A stretch of DNA of 64,000 nt from a bacterium (GTDB lineage: Bacteria; RBG-13-61-14; DATKZS01). Both the position numbers and the translations under genes were made by a program. This document shows, one piece after another, positions 9,187 through 18,589 of the stretch (position 1 is the stretch's first letter; every line of letters begins with the position of its first letter). The notes under the pieces were generated by a model, which saw only the letters and a program-made list of their open reading frames with translations, ran no database searches and was not told the origin of the DNA. The stretch is taken from NCBI GenBank assembly GCA_963674965.2, contig CAXXFL010000006.1, forward strand, positions 1,024,001-1,088,000, given 5' to 3'.

Positions 9187-10556
9187 GGGAGCCGCCGGGC
9201 AGGAAGATATTATCCGTTTCCCAGGTGAACGCGGAGGTGGGCAAACTCCTGGACAAGCACTTCAAGGACCTTTGGGTCAAGGGGGAACTCGGCGAGTTCA
9301 CGCGTCACTCCTCCGGCCATTGGTACTTTACGCTCAAGGACGCCAAGGGCCAGCTTCGGGCGGTGATGTTCAAGTATCAGAATTCCTTCCTTCGCTTCCG
9401 TCCCGAGGAGGGCATGGAGGTCATTTGCCGGGGCAGGGTCACGGCCTACGCTCCTCGAAGCCTCTACCAGATTAACGTCGAGTGGATGGAGCCGGTCGGG
9501 GTGGGAGCGCTTCACCTCGAGTTCGAGCGGCTTAAGGCCGACCTCGAGCAAGAAGGTCTTTTCGACCCCGCCCGCAAGAAGAAGCTTCCCGACTTGATCG
9601 GCCGCGTTGCCATCATAACCTCCATCTCGGGGGCGGCCCTGCAGGACATGCTCGAGATACTGAGGATGAAGGCCCCGGGCGTCGAGATATTGATAGTGCC
9701 CAGCGCCGTGCAGGGAGAGGGATCGGCCCGGTCCCTTGCCCGGGCCCTCGAGGAGGTTAACTCCGAGGCCATCGCTCGCCCGGCGGGTCGAAAGCCCATC
9801 CAGGCCATTATCATCGGCAGGGGCGGCGGATCGATCGAGGACCTGTGGGCCTTTAACGAGGAAGTCCTGGCCCGGGCCATCGCCGCCTCGAGCATACCCG
9901 TCATCTCGGCGGTGGGACACGAGATCGACTTCAGCATCTCCGACTTCGTTGCCGACCTGCGCGCTCCCACCCCCACGGCGGCCGCCCAGATGGTCGCCTC
10001 GGGAAGGGCCGACAACGTGGGGGCCATAAACCACGCGGCCTTCCGGCTTGCCTCCATCATCGAGCGGCGTCTCGAGGCATCCGAGCGCGACCTGCGCGGC
10101 CTGGCCATGAGGCTCAGGGACCCGTCAAGAAAAATCGACGACCACGCCATCCGGGTCGACGAGCTGTCGGCCAGGTCGGAAAAATCCATGCGCCTTATGC
10201 TCGAGGCGATCGGGGAGAAAATCGGGCGCCATTCCCAACTGCTGAGGAGCCTCGACCCCAGAAAAGTTTACGCCCTCAGAATGATGGAACTGGCCCGCCT
10301 CGACTCCCGTCTTCGCGGAGTGGGGGCAAGTAAGATCGAGCGCGCCCTCCATCGCGTGGAAAAAGCCGAGGCCGGACTCGTGGCCCTGTCTCCTCTTAAC
10401 ACCCTCTCGCGAGGATACGCCATCGCCCGAGACTCGAATGGGGCCGTGGTCCGCGACGCTCGGCACATGAAGAAGGGAGACGAACTCGAGGTGATCCTCC
10501 AAAGCGGACGACTGGACTGCGAGGTTAAAAATACCCGCCAGGGAGAAGAGCGATGA
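9183..10556 (+). CDS. xseA: Exodeoxyribonuclease VII large subunit
   Basis: SGHWYFTLKD, GRGGGSIEDLWAFNEE, SAVGHEIDF, APTPTAAA, LSRGYAI. Confidence 0.95.
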   Translation: MREPPGRKILSVSQVNAEVGKLLDKHFKDLWVKGELGEFTRHSSGHWYFTLKDAKGQLRAVMFKYQNSFLRFRPEEGMEVICRGRVTAYAPRSLYQINVEWMEPVGVGALHLEFERLKADLEQEGLFDPARKKKLPDLIGRVAIITSISGAALQDMLEILRMKAPGVEILIVPSAVQGEGSARSLARALEEVNSEAIARPAGRKPIQAIIIGRGGGSIEDLWAFNEEVLARAIAASSIPVISAVGHEIDFSISDFVADLRAPTPTAAAQMVASGRADNVGAINHAAFRLASIIERRLEASERDLRGLAMRLRDPSRKIDDHAIRVDELSARSEKSMRLMLEAIGEKIGRHSQLLRSLDPRKVYALRMMELARLDSRLRGVGASKIERALHRVEKAEAGLVALSPLNTLSRGYAIARDSNGAVVRDARHMKKGDELEVILQSGRLDCEVKNTRQGEER

Positions 10557-11647
10557 AAAAACCGGCCGAGGCCCGCCGAGCGTCGATCGTCTTCATCCTC
10601 GCGGCCATGCTTCTTTGCGCGACTTCGGTCTTGCGCGTTTCCTCGGCGAGCGAGGGCAAAGACCTTACGCCCGCTCCCGCCATCCAGGCGGGATCAAGCG
10701 CTTTGCGCGGCGACTCGGTTTCCGTCGTCCCCGGCGATTCCTCTTTTGCCGCGCCGGAGAATCCCTCTCCCGCCGAGGCCCGGTCGAATACGGTGGAGTA
10801 CCGGCAAGGCTCTCCCCTCGCCTTCGTAAAGGTCGTTCCTTACTCGGGCAAGGAATCGGACCCCCTCGAGCAGGGAGGCGCCTTCATGGTGGTCGTAACC
10901 GACGCGTCCGGACTTCTCGCCTCGGCCCGGGCCAGTTGGGACGGCCGCGTCATTCCCTGCCTTCCCGCCCGGGACACGGCCGAGTGGACGGGATACGGGG
11001 CCGCGGCCAGACTGATGGAGCCGGGTATATACGAATTGGGCCTGTCGCTCGAGACCACCATGGGCGACAGGGTCGAGACGGCGATAAAGGTCGAGGTCAA
11101 GGCCAGGGATTATCTCAAGGCCGAGCTTGCGGTCGATCCCAAATACGCGGCCGTGCCCGAGGAAAAAAAGGCCGACTACGAGGCCGACGTGGCGGCCTTC
11201 GCCTCCGCCTACGGCTCACCCCTTTTGGGCCGCATGGACGCGGGACCGTCCATCCGCCCGCTGCCGGGCAGGGTGACCTCGCCATTCGGAGTGCAAAGGC
11301 TGCTCAATAAAAAATACGAGCGCGTACATCTGGGCGTCGACCTGGCCGGGCCCGTCGGGGAGCCGATCAAGGCCATGCTCGCGGGCAGGGTGGTCCTGGC
11401 AAGGGAGGCCTACATTCATGGCGCCACCGTGATCGTGGACCATGGGGGCGGCGTCATGTCCCTTTACTGCCACCTCTCGGCTTTTAAGAAGGCCCCCGGA
11501 GATTTCGTCGAGCGAGGGGAAACGGTGGGCCTTTGCGGCGCCACGGGCAGGGTCACCGGCCCTCACCTCCACTGGGGACTGAAAATTCAAAATGAGGACG
11601 TGGACGCCCTGACCATGTTCAATCTCCAGGCCAACGCGGAAAAATAA
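10553..11647 (+). CDS. M23 family metallopeptidase
   Basis: HLGVDL (HxxxD) and TGRVTGPHLHW (HxH) motifs; signal/TM N-terminus. Confidence 0.9.
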   Translation: MKKPAEARRASIVFILAAMLLCATSVLRVSSASEGKDLTPAPAIQAGSSALRGDSVSVVPGDSSFAAPENPSPAEARSNTVEYRQGSPLAFVKVVPYSGKESDPLEQGGAFMVVVTDASGLLASARASWDGRVIPCLPARDTAEWTGYGAAARLMEPGIYELGLSLETTMGDRVETAIKVEVKARDYLKAELAVDPKYAAVPEEKKADYEADVAAFASAYGSPLLGRMDAGPSIRPLPGRVTSPFGVQRLLNKKYERVHLGVDLAGPVGEPIKAMLAGRVVLAREAYIHGATVIVDHGGGVMSLYCHLSAFKKAPGDFVERGETVGLCGATGRVTGPHLHWGLKIQNEDVDALTMFNLQANAEK

Positions 11648-11661
11648 TGGGCGAGCTTTGG

Positions 11662-11692
11662 AAGAAGTTGGGGCATAGTCCAATCTTCTTTT
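11662..11692 (+). terminator. Possible terminator of the ctpA-M23 operon
   Basis: AAGAAGTTGG..CCAATCTTCTT hairpin followed by a short T-run. Confidence 0.4.
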
Positions 11693-11698
11693 AAAACA

Positions 11699-11728
11699 TT
11701 GACTTGAGGAGCATAGTCCGCTTATACT
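11699..11728 (+). promoter_or_regulatory. Candidate sigma70 promoter for the cNMP-pilT unit
   Basis: TTGACT-18 bp-TATACT. Confidence 0.45.
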
Positions 11729-11803
11729 TGAGACGAGGAGCTAACGATTGCGATCGGTTTTATTGAACGCGACATGGGCGCGGCCGAAGGCCTTTAAACG
11801 GAG

Positions 11804-12406
11804 ATGCACATGGAAATCTTAGGACTTGAAATCGAGGGTTTGCCGGGCACCGACCTGATCCAGGAGACGTTCCTTTTCAAGCCTCTCAACTTTGACGAGA
11901 CCCTCGCCCTGGCCGGACTGTGCACCGACCGAGCGGTCGGCAAGGGAGAGGTCATCATCGAGGAGGGAGAGCTGGGATCGGCCCTTTACATGGTCGAGCG
12001 GGGAAGCGTCAAAGTCGTCAAGGGCGAGGGCAAACAGGCCGAGGAACTGGCGGTCCTGGGCAAGGGCGAGCTCTTCGGGGAGATGAGCCTTATCGAGGAC
12101 GTGTTGACCTCGGCCACGGTCATGGCCAACGAGGACTCGGTCCTCCTCCTGATCACGCGGGACAAGTTCGAGAAGCTGATCGAGGAAAACAGGGAGATAG
12201 CCTTCAAGGTCTACAAGGCCTTCTGCCTCACCCTGAGCGAGCGCCTCAGAAAAACCAGCGAGGAGTTGACGAGGCTGAAACAAAAGGGGACCTCCAATCC
12301 CCCCTCCTCGCGGAAAACGTCCGCCGGGAAATGTTCGCCCCCCGTGAAAAAGAAGACGGCAAAGAAGGCGGCGGGCAAGAAGAAAGCCGTCTCGAAAAAG
12401 AAGTAA
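11804..12406 (+). CDS. Cyclic nucleotide-binding domain protein (Crp-type CNB, no HTH) with Lys/Ala-rich tail
   Basis: IIEEGE..LYMVERGSVKV, LGKGELFGEMSLIE, SATVMA, LSERLR; C-terminal KKKTAKKAAGKKKAVSKKK. Confidence 0.85.
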   Translation: MHMEILGLEIEGLPGTDLIQETFLFKPLNFDETLALAGLCTDRAVGKGEVIIEEGELGSALYMVERGSVKVVKGEGKQAEELAVLGKGELFGEMSLIEDVLTSATVMANEDSVLLLITRDKFEKLIEENREIAFKVYKAFCLTLSERLRKTSEELTRLKQKGTSNPPSSRKTSAGKCSPPVKKKTAKKAAGKKKAVSKKK

Positions 12407-12461
12407 TCGGCCGAGTTGGCCTGGCAATCTTATGACTATCAACCAAGGGAGCTGAACGGTC

Positions 12462-13538
12462 ATGGACAATAAAATATTCGATCAGCTTTTAAGCGCGGGC
12501 ATGAAAAACCACGCCTCGGACCTCCACTTTAAGGCGGGGACCCCGCCGCTTTTCCGGATCAACGGCGAGGTCCGCGAGGTCAAGGCGCCCAAGCTGCGCC
12601 CGGAGGACACCCGTGACATAGTCCTCCATCTTCTGGTCCGGGAAGACCTGAAGGCGAAAGTTGATGAACTCCAGGATTACGACACGTCCTATACCCTGGA
12701 GGGCGTGGGCAGGTTCCGGGTCAACATATTTCGCCAACGTGGTTCACTGGCGGTGGTGCTCCGCCTGATACCCCTCGAGGTCCCCGATTTCAAGCAGCTC
12801 GGCCTGCCGCCGGTCCTCGAGAACATCGCCAACAACGAGCGGGGCCTGGTCCTGGTCACGGGCGTCACCGGTTCGGGCAAGTCCTCGACCCTGGCCGCCC
12901 TCATAAACGACATCAACCATAAAAAGAGAAAGCACATCCTCACCATCGAGGACCCCATCGAGTTCGTGCACGACAACCAAAAGGGAAGCGTCACTCAGCG
13001 CGAGATCGGTATCGACACCAAAAACTTCGGGGAGGCCCTGAGGCAGGCGCTTCGGCAGGACCCCGACGTGATCCTTGTTGGCGAGATGCGCGACTACGAG
13101 ACCGTGGACATCGCTCTCAAGGCCGCGGAGACGGGGCACTTCGTGTTCTCCACCGTGCATACGACCGACGCGGCCAAGACCGTGAACCGTCTTATCGGCG
13201 TTTTTCCCGCGGACGAACAGGACCTCGTCAGGCTTCGGCTGGCCGAGAGCCTGAAGGGCATTATCTCCCAGCGTCTTCTTCCCAGGAAGGACGGCAAGGG
13301 AAGGTGCCTGGCGGTGGAGATTCTCGTCAACACGCTCTCGATCTCGGAGTGCATCAAGGACTCGGAAAAAACCCATCAGATACCGGAGTTTATCGAGAAA
13401 GGCTCCGACCAGTACGGCATGCAGACCTTCGACATGAGCCTCATCAAGCTTTACAAATCCGGGGTCATTTCACTGGAGGTCGCCACCAGCGCCGCCTCGA
13501 ACCCGGCCGATTTCCAGAGGACCCTCTATATCGAGTAG
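12462..13538 (+). CDS. pilT: PilT/PilU-family type IV pilus retraction ATPase (paralogue)
   Basis: ASDLH, RFRVNIFRQRG, Walker A GVTGSGKSST, TIEDPIEF, LRQDPDVILVGEMRD, AAETGH, GMQTFD. Confidence 0.9.
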   Translation: MDNKIFDQLLSAGMKNHASDLHFKAGTPPLFRINGEVREVKAPKLRPEDTRDIVLHLLVREDLKAKVDELQDYDTSYTLEGVGRFRVNIFRQRGSLAVVLRLIPLEVPDFKQLGLPPVLENIANNERGLVLVTGVTGSGKSSTLAALINDINHKKRKHILTIEDPIEFVHDNQKGSVTQREIGIDTKNFGEALRQALRQDPDVILVGEMRDYETVDIALKAAETGHFVFSTVHTTDAAKTVNRLIGVFPADEQDLVRLRLAESLKGIISQRLLPRKDGKGRCLAVEILVNTLSISECIKDSEKTHQIPEFIEKGSDQYGMQTFDMSLIKLYKSGVISLEVATSAASNPADFQRTLYIE

Positions 13539-13703
13539 TGACCGGGCAAAAGGACGGCGCCCGGCGTCCGCAAACCGGCCTCGTCATGGGTCTTTGGCGT
13601 TCGCGCTATATTGACGTTATTGCGCGAGCCTAGGGCGGGTGATATACTTTTATCTTACTGAAGGAAATATCTCGCTCCAGGGGGGGCGATTTTTAAGGAT
13701 ACC

Positions 13704-16253
13704 ATGGCAGTAAACGAAGACCAGCGGATTGGAAGGCTCCTGGTCCGCGAGGGCGCGATTACGGAGGAAGACCTTAGTAAAGCGCTCGAGGCCCAGGAAG
13801 CCAGCTACGGCAAACCACTGGGCGAGGTGATGATCGAGCTCCAGATGATCGACGAGCCCGACTTCCTTCGCGTCCTGGCCAAGAAGTTCCATACCCAATA
13901 CCTGACGACCAAGAAGCTTTCCGAAATCAAGGTCTCGGAGGGCATCCTCAAGCTTGTGCCCCAGGCCACGGCCGAGAAGTACAACCTCTTTCCCGTCCAG
14001 TTCAAGCGGGGAGACAAAACCCTGACCGTCATCATGACCAACCCCGACGACGTGGCCGCCATCGACGAGGTCAAGTTCGTCTCCGGCATCGCCACGGTCA
14101 AACCCCTGGTGGGCCTGTCCGAGTCGATTAACGCCGCCATCAAGAAATGGTACCAGGGCGACGATAACGCCTTTGGCATGCTCGAGCGCTTCAGCGAAAG
14201 CTTCGATGGAGACGACTCGCCCCGCAACGCCCCCGCGGCGCATCTCGAGTCCGCCGACGGCCCTCTCGACCTTACCGGCCTGGTTCGCGGCAAGGACGAC
14301 GAGGAGGGGGAGGCGGACGTCTCGGAGAAGCCCGACGACCAGAAGGTCGAGGTCGACTTCGACGATGACGACTCGGAGGTGGACGAGGATGAGGAGCCCT
14401 CCATCCGGGACGTCATCCTCGGGGGCGGCGGTGACGGCGGGGTTTACCTGGGCGGCATGGAGGAAGTCTCCGGCGACATGGTCCAGGACGAGGCAAGCAT
14501 CGTCATCGAGGACCTGCCGGGAGACGAGCCCGTCGAGGAGGTGACCCTCGAGCCCGTCAGCCGCCAATCGTCGGCCGATGACACCATCGATCCCAAGTCG
14601 GGCAGGCGCGGCGACGTCAAGAAGTACCGCATGCGCATGCTCGTGGTCGAGCCTCACGACTCGATCAGGAAATTCATCATCCGGCTTTTCGGGCACGAGG
14701 GTTTCCGGGTCCGGGGAGTGGACGGGCGGGAGCAAGCCCTGGCGGAGCTGGCCAAGGACGAATACGACAGCCTTGTAATCAAGGACCGGGACCTCGGAGA
14801 GGGCGACGAGTTCGTCAACCTTATCGCCGAGAAATACCCCGAGGTCGAGCTGTGCTCGATCAAGGATTACGGGTCCGCCGTCATCGGGGAGACCAGGTCC
14901 CATAAAAAGCTGATGAACGCCTTTATCGAGACCCTGGACGTGCTTATGGGACTGCTCGAGATGGAAAGCGGCGCCATGCAGGGCCACAGCCATAACGCGG
15001 GAAAATACTGCAAGCTCATCGCTGGCAAGCTGGGACTGCCCCAACGCGAGGTGGACACCATCTCCATCGCGGCCTACGTCCACGAGCTGGGCAAAAAGGG
15101 GATGAAGCACCGGTCCATATTGAAGATCGACGACTCGGTGGACATGGACGACGTAGTCGAGCAGGCCGAGATACCTCTCAAGCTCCTGTCGGCCGCGAAG
15201 ATCCCGCTGGAAATAAAAATCATCCTGAGGCACCAGTTCGAGAGGTGGGACGGGCAAGGAGCGCCGGGGGGACTCTCGGGCCTGGATATCCCCATCGGCT
15301 CCCGCGTCCTGGCCCTGGTCGAGGCCTTCGAGGACCTGACCAACGGCGGCTTCGCCGGCGATCCCCGCCTCGAGCCGCCCGCCGCCCTCGAGTCGCTCAA
15401 GAAACACGAGAACGCCATATTCGATCCCGAGCTGGTCGAGATATTCATGAGCGTGGTTCGGGACGACATCTACCTGCAGGAGATGGCGGGCGCCGCGGAA
15501 AAGATACTCATCGTGGACACCGAGGTGGACCAGTTGACGCTTCTGGATCTCCGTCTGGTCAACATGGGTTTCCTGGTCTCGAACGCGGGCTCGGGGGAGG
15601 AAGGCCTGGCCAAGGCCAAGGAAGAGTCGCCCTCACTCATACTGACCGAGGCCGTTCTTCCCGACATGTCCGGGTTTGACATGATCGAGAAGCTCCAGTC
15701 CGACTCCGCCACCAGGGATATCCCCTTTATCTTCCTGTCCAAAAAAGACGACGCGGCCTCCGTCAACAAGGGGTTCCAACTCGGGGCCATGGACTATATA
15801 ACCAAGCCCATCAAGGTCGACATCCTGGGCGCCAAGATCAACACCATGATGAGCCGCCTGAGCGCCCAGAAGAAATCCACCGCCTCCACCTCCGGCGGCG
15901 TCTCGGGCACGCTCTCGGAAATGGGTTTGCCCGACATAGTCCAGATACTGAGCGCGGGCAGAAAGACCGGCCGCATCACCCTCGAGAACAACGGCGAGAC
16001 CTGCTATATAGACATGGAGAACGGCCAGGTGGTCAACGCCTCGGTGGACGACCTCAAGGGTGAGGAGGCCTTTTACAAGATACTCTACTGGAACGAGGGT
16101 TCCTTCTCGATAGACCCCAGCGTCGAGATCACCGAGCGTCTCATCACCCTGACCAGCGAGTCCCTCATGCTCGAGGGGTTCCGCCGGATGGACGAGGAGA
16201 TGGACGGCAAGGGCGGCGACGACATCCAACTGGACGGAAGCGACTTTTTCTGA
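13704..16253 (+). CDS. Multidomain signalling protein: MshEN + acidic linker + pseudo-REC + degenerate HD-GYP + REC-like + DUF4388
   Basis: RIGRLLVREGAITEEDLSKALEAQ (MshEN); HELGK and HQFERWDGQGAPGGLSGLDIPIGSRVL (HD-GYP fold); KILIVD..LILTEAVLPDMSG..DYITKP; GTLSEMGLPDIVQIL..KTG..GEEAFY..W.EGSF. Confidence 0.85.
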   Translation: MAVNEDQRIGRLLVREGAITEEDLSKALEAQEASYGKPLGEVMIELQMIDEPDFLRVLAKKFHTQYLTTKKLSEIKVSEGILKLVPQATAEKYNLFPVQFKRGDKTLTVIMTNPDDVAAIDEVKFVSGIATVKPLVGLSESINAAIKKWYQGDDNAFGMLERFSESFDGDDSPRNAPAAHLESADGPLDLTGLVRGKDDEEGEADVSEKPDDQKVEVDFDDDDSEVDEDEEPSIRDVILGGGGDGGVYLGGMEEVSGDMVQDEASIVIEDLPGDEPVEEVTLEPVSRQSSADDTIDPKSGRRGDVKKYRMRMLVVEPHDSIRKFIIRLFGHEGFRVRGVDGREQALAELAKDEYDSLVIKDRDLGEGDEFVNLIAEKYPEVELCSIKDYGSAVIGETRSHKKLMNAFIETLDVLMGLLEMESGAMQGHSHNAGKYCKLIAGKLGLPQREVDTISIAAYVHELGKKGMKHRSILKIDDSVDMDDVVEQAEIPLKLLSAAKIPLEIKIILRHQFERWDGQGAPGGLSGLDIPIGSRVLALVEAFEDLTNGGFAGDPRLEPPAALESLKKHENAIFDPELVEIFMSVVRDDIYLQEMAGAAEKILIVDTEVDQLTLLDLRLVNMGFLVSNAGSGEEGLAKAKEESPSLILTEAVLPDMSGFDMIEKLQSDSATRDIPFIFLSKKDDAASVNKGFQLGAMDYITKPIKVDILGAKINTMMSRLSAQKKSTASTSGGVSGTLSEMGLPDIVQILSAGRKTGRITLENNGETCYIDMENGQVVNASVDDLKGEEAFYKILYWNEGSFSIDPSVEITERLITLTSESLMLEGFRRMDEEMDGKGGDDIQLDGSDFF

Positions 16254-16266
16254 TCTTTGAAGGGGG

Positions 16267-16845
16267 GTGATTAAAACCGTTCCTTTCGACATACCTTCAA
16301 GCTTTCTTTTGGGCATGCTCTTTCCGCTGGTTTGCGCGGAGGGAGTGCGCTTGGCCGGACACTTTTTTATCAACCGCTTTTTCCTGGGGGCGGTCCTGAT
16401 CGAGATATTCTTTTTCATTCCCCTCGGGGCCTATCTTTATTTCTTTTATCCCGACTGGAGCCTCATGTATTTTCTCGATCCCGCGTCCATGGAGGAGGCC
16501 GACGTGAGGCTTATCGGCGTGGCGGCCCTGTCCTTGTATTTCGTCTTCATGGCTGCGGGTTTCGCCCTTGGCTCACGGCTGGTGAGGATGGAGAAAACCA
16601 GGGCGGCCGTTATCGTTTTCGCCGCCTCCGCCCTGGCCCTGGGGGTCTTTTCGCTGCTGACCTATTCCCGCCTGACCCAGGTCGGGCTCTACGCCGAATG
16701 GGCCGCCGACCCTCGCGCCACCACTCACCTTATGAAACACGCGATCGGCTACGTCATCGGCGTCGACGCGGCGGCGGCGGGCGTTTTTCTCTTGATGCTG
16801 CTAAACTCGTTTCGTAAGAATGATATCATTCCAGCGGTAAGTTAA
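16267..16845 (+). CDS. Hypothetical integral membrane protein
   Basis: 192 aa with about five hydrophobic segments and YPDWSLMY; starts 14 bp after the upstream gene. Confidence 0.7.
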   Translation: MIKTVPFDIPSSFLLGMLFPLVCAEGVRLAGHFFINRFFLGAVLIEIFFFIPLGAYLYFFYPDWSLMYFLDPASMEEADVRLIGVAALSLYFVFMAAGFALGSRLVRMEKTRAAVIVFAASALALGVFSLLTYSRLTQVGLYAEWAADPRATTHLMKHAIGYVIGVDAAAAGVFLLMLLNSFRKNDIIPAVS

Positions 16846-16898
16846 GGGGCCTTAAGTTAATCGACCTTTAATCGTCCCTCGGGCAAAGGGAGCGGAAA

Positions 16899-17198
16899 AT
16901 GAAAAAGATACTAATCATCGGCGGGCTGATCCTTATCTTCCTGATTGGAATATTTATCGTGCCCAAATGGATAAACAAAAAGGCGGCCGAGTCCAAGGCC
17001 CATTACGACAACGTCGAGAAGGAGGCCAACAAAAAGGCGGACGAGGTCTTGGGAGACAAGCTGGGCATCACCGGCGGCAACGCCGGCTTTGGCGGCAAGT
17101 ACTCCCAACACGCCCGGGACAACGCCAACAAGGCCATGATGAGGTCGAACAAATACATGGACGATATGGAGGCCGAGGAGGAAGAGGAAGAAGATTGA
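16899..17198 (+). CDS. Hypothetical membrane-anchored small protein
   Basis: GGGAG RBS, N-terminal TM segment, acidic C-terminus, host codon usage. Confidence 0.7.
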   Translation: MKKILIIGGLILIFLIGIFIVPKWINKKAAESKAHYDNVEKEANKKADEVLGDKLGITGGNAGFGGKYSQHARDNANKAMMRSNKYMDDMEAEEEEEED

Positions 17199-17220
17199 CG
17201 CTTTCCCTTTTTCAAAAACG

Positions 17221-17253
17221 ATGGCCGCGGCTTTTTGCTGGCGGCCATTTTTT
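17221..17253 (+). terminator. Intrinsic terminator
   Basis: ATGGCCGC..GCGGCCAT hairpin followed by T-tract. Confidence 0.6.
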
Positions 17254-17284
17254 CGGCTTCCATCATTATGAGACGGTTGGTTGT

Positions 17285-17317
17285 AAAAGAAGGCCCCGCA
17301 AACTTCGCGGGGCCTTC
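17285..17317 (-). terminator. Intrinsic terminator of the qmo operon
   Basis: GAAGGCCCCGC/GCGGGGCCTTC 11-bp stem with T-run on the minus strand. Confidence 0.7.
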
Positions 17318-17344
17318 GAGGTTACGACAAGCTTGGATTATCGG

Positions 17345-18550
17345 TTACGCCGCCTGGGCCTCGGCCTCGGCTTCTTCTCCCGCCTCGGCCGCCTCGGCCC
17401 CCAGTTCCTCGTAGCGCTTGTGAATAAGGGCCACGGTCCTGTAGACGAAGTGTGCAAACTTCGAGTAGGGCGAATAGATGAGCAGGGTGAACACCAGCAC
17501 CAGATGGACGAAATAGGTCGGGTAGGCCAGAACGCCCCATCCAGTAAGGCGCAGTATCCAGGACAGGAGTCCGGTTATGCCCACGCCGAAGATAACGTAA
17601 AGGAAAAGGTTATCGAAATAGGAGGACTTGAGGTCTCCCGAAACCTCTCCTTCCTTCCTGTTCTGGATCATGATCCAGGAGCCGCCGACCAGGGCCGCGC
17701 CGCTCACGATGCCAAGGAGTTTCACCGGGTGGTACCAGTTAAGTGGATACACGCCGAAGGCGTCGATATGGGCGTACTCGTGCGCCACCAGTACCACGAT
17801 GGCCAGGGCCGTGGTCAGAAGCAGGCCCAGAAAGCCCCACAGCACCAGGAGGTGGGCCGTCCGCCGCCAGTTGTTGGCCTCGCACTTCTCGAAGTCGCGG
17901 TGAGCCAGGATGTCCGTAATGGTCTGCTTGCCGGCCTCGTACATTCGCATCCTGTCCATCTTGGGCACGAACTCGAGAAGCGACATGCCGGAGGCGCCTT
18001 TCCACAGTCGGTCAATGCCGATGAGGAAAGCCAGGGCCGCCAGTCCCGAGAAGGTGGGGAAGATGACGTTCATCTGGATGTGGCTGATCATGTGTCCGAA
18101 GACCACCGGTCCGTCGGGCGTGTCCCACTGCCCCGTCACCAGGAGAAGGAAAAGGATAAGGAGCGCGGGGAAACCCAGAAGGAAGGGAAGGTACTGCGGG
18201 TCGGCCACGGCCTTTCCCATGAAGGACGGCCAGGCCAGTCCCTCGATGACCTTTTTCCTGATCGCGCCCAGCACGTCGCCGGGATTGGCGCCGCGGGGGC
18301 AATAGGCGGAGCAGTCTCCGCACTGGAAGCAGGTCCAGACGTTGGGGTCGGTGGTCAGCTTGTCGGCCAGACCCCACTGGGCCCAGATCATTTCCTTCCT
18401 GGGGAAGGGGCTGTTCTCGGGGGCCAGGTTGCATACTACCGAGCAGGTGCCGCACTGGAAGCACTTCTTGAGGCTTTCGCCCCCGTTCTCCAGCACGTCC
18501 TGGATGAAGTCCAGGTCCGGTTCCACTTTAAGTCTGTTTTCTGTCGCCAT
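17345..18550 (-). CDS. qmoC: Quinone-interacting membrane-bound oxidoreductase subunit C
   Basis: HdrC-like CFQCGTCSVVC and CFQCGDCSAYCP; FPRKEMIWAQWG; cytochrome b-type TM domain with PYSKFAH; follows qmoB. Confidence 0.95.
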   Translation of the reverse strand: MATENRLKVEPDLDFIQDVLENGGESLKKCFQCGTCSVVCNLAPENSPFPRKEMIWAQWGLADKLTTDPNVWTCFQCGDCSAYCPRGANPGDVLGAIRKKVIEGLAWPSFMGKAVADPQYLPFLLGFPALLILFLLLVTGQWDTPDGPVVFGHMISHIQMNVIFPTFSGLAALAFLIGIDRLWKGASGMSLLEFVPKMDRMRMYEAGKQTITDILAHRDFEKCEANNWRRTAHLLVLWGFLGLLLTTALAIVVLVAHEYAHIDAFGVYPLNWYHPVKLLGIVSGAALVGGSWIMIQNRKEGEVSGDLKSSYFDNLFLYVIFGVGITGLLSWILRLTGWGVLAYPTYFVHLVLVFTLLIYSPYSKFAHFVYRTVALIHKRYEELGAEAAEAGEEAEAEAQAA

Positions 18551-18589
18551 GACGTTAACTCCTAATCGAATTAATGAGCCCGCGGGGGA

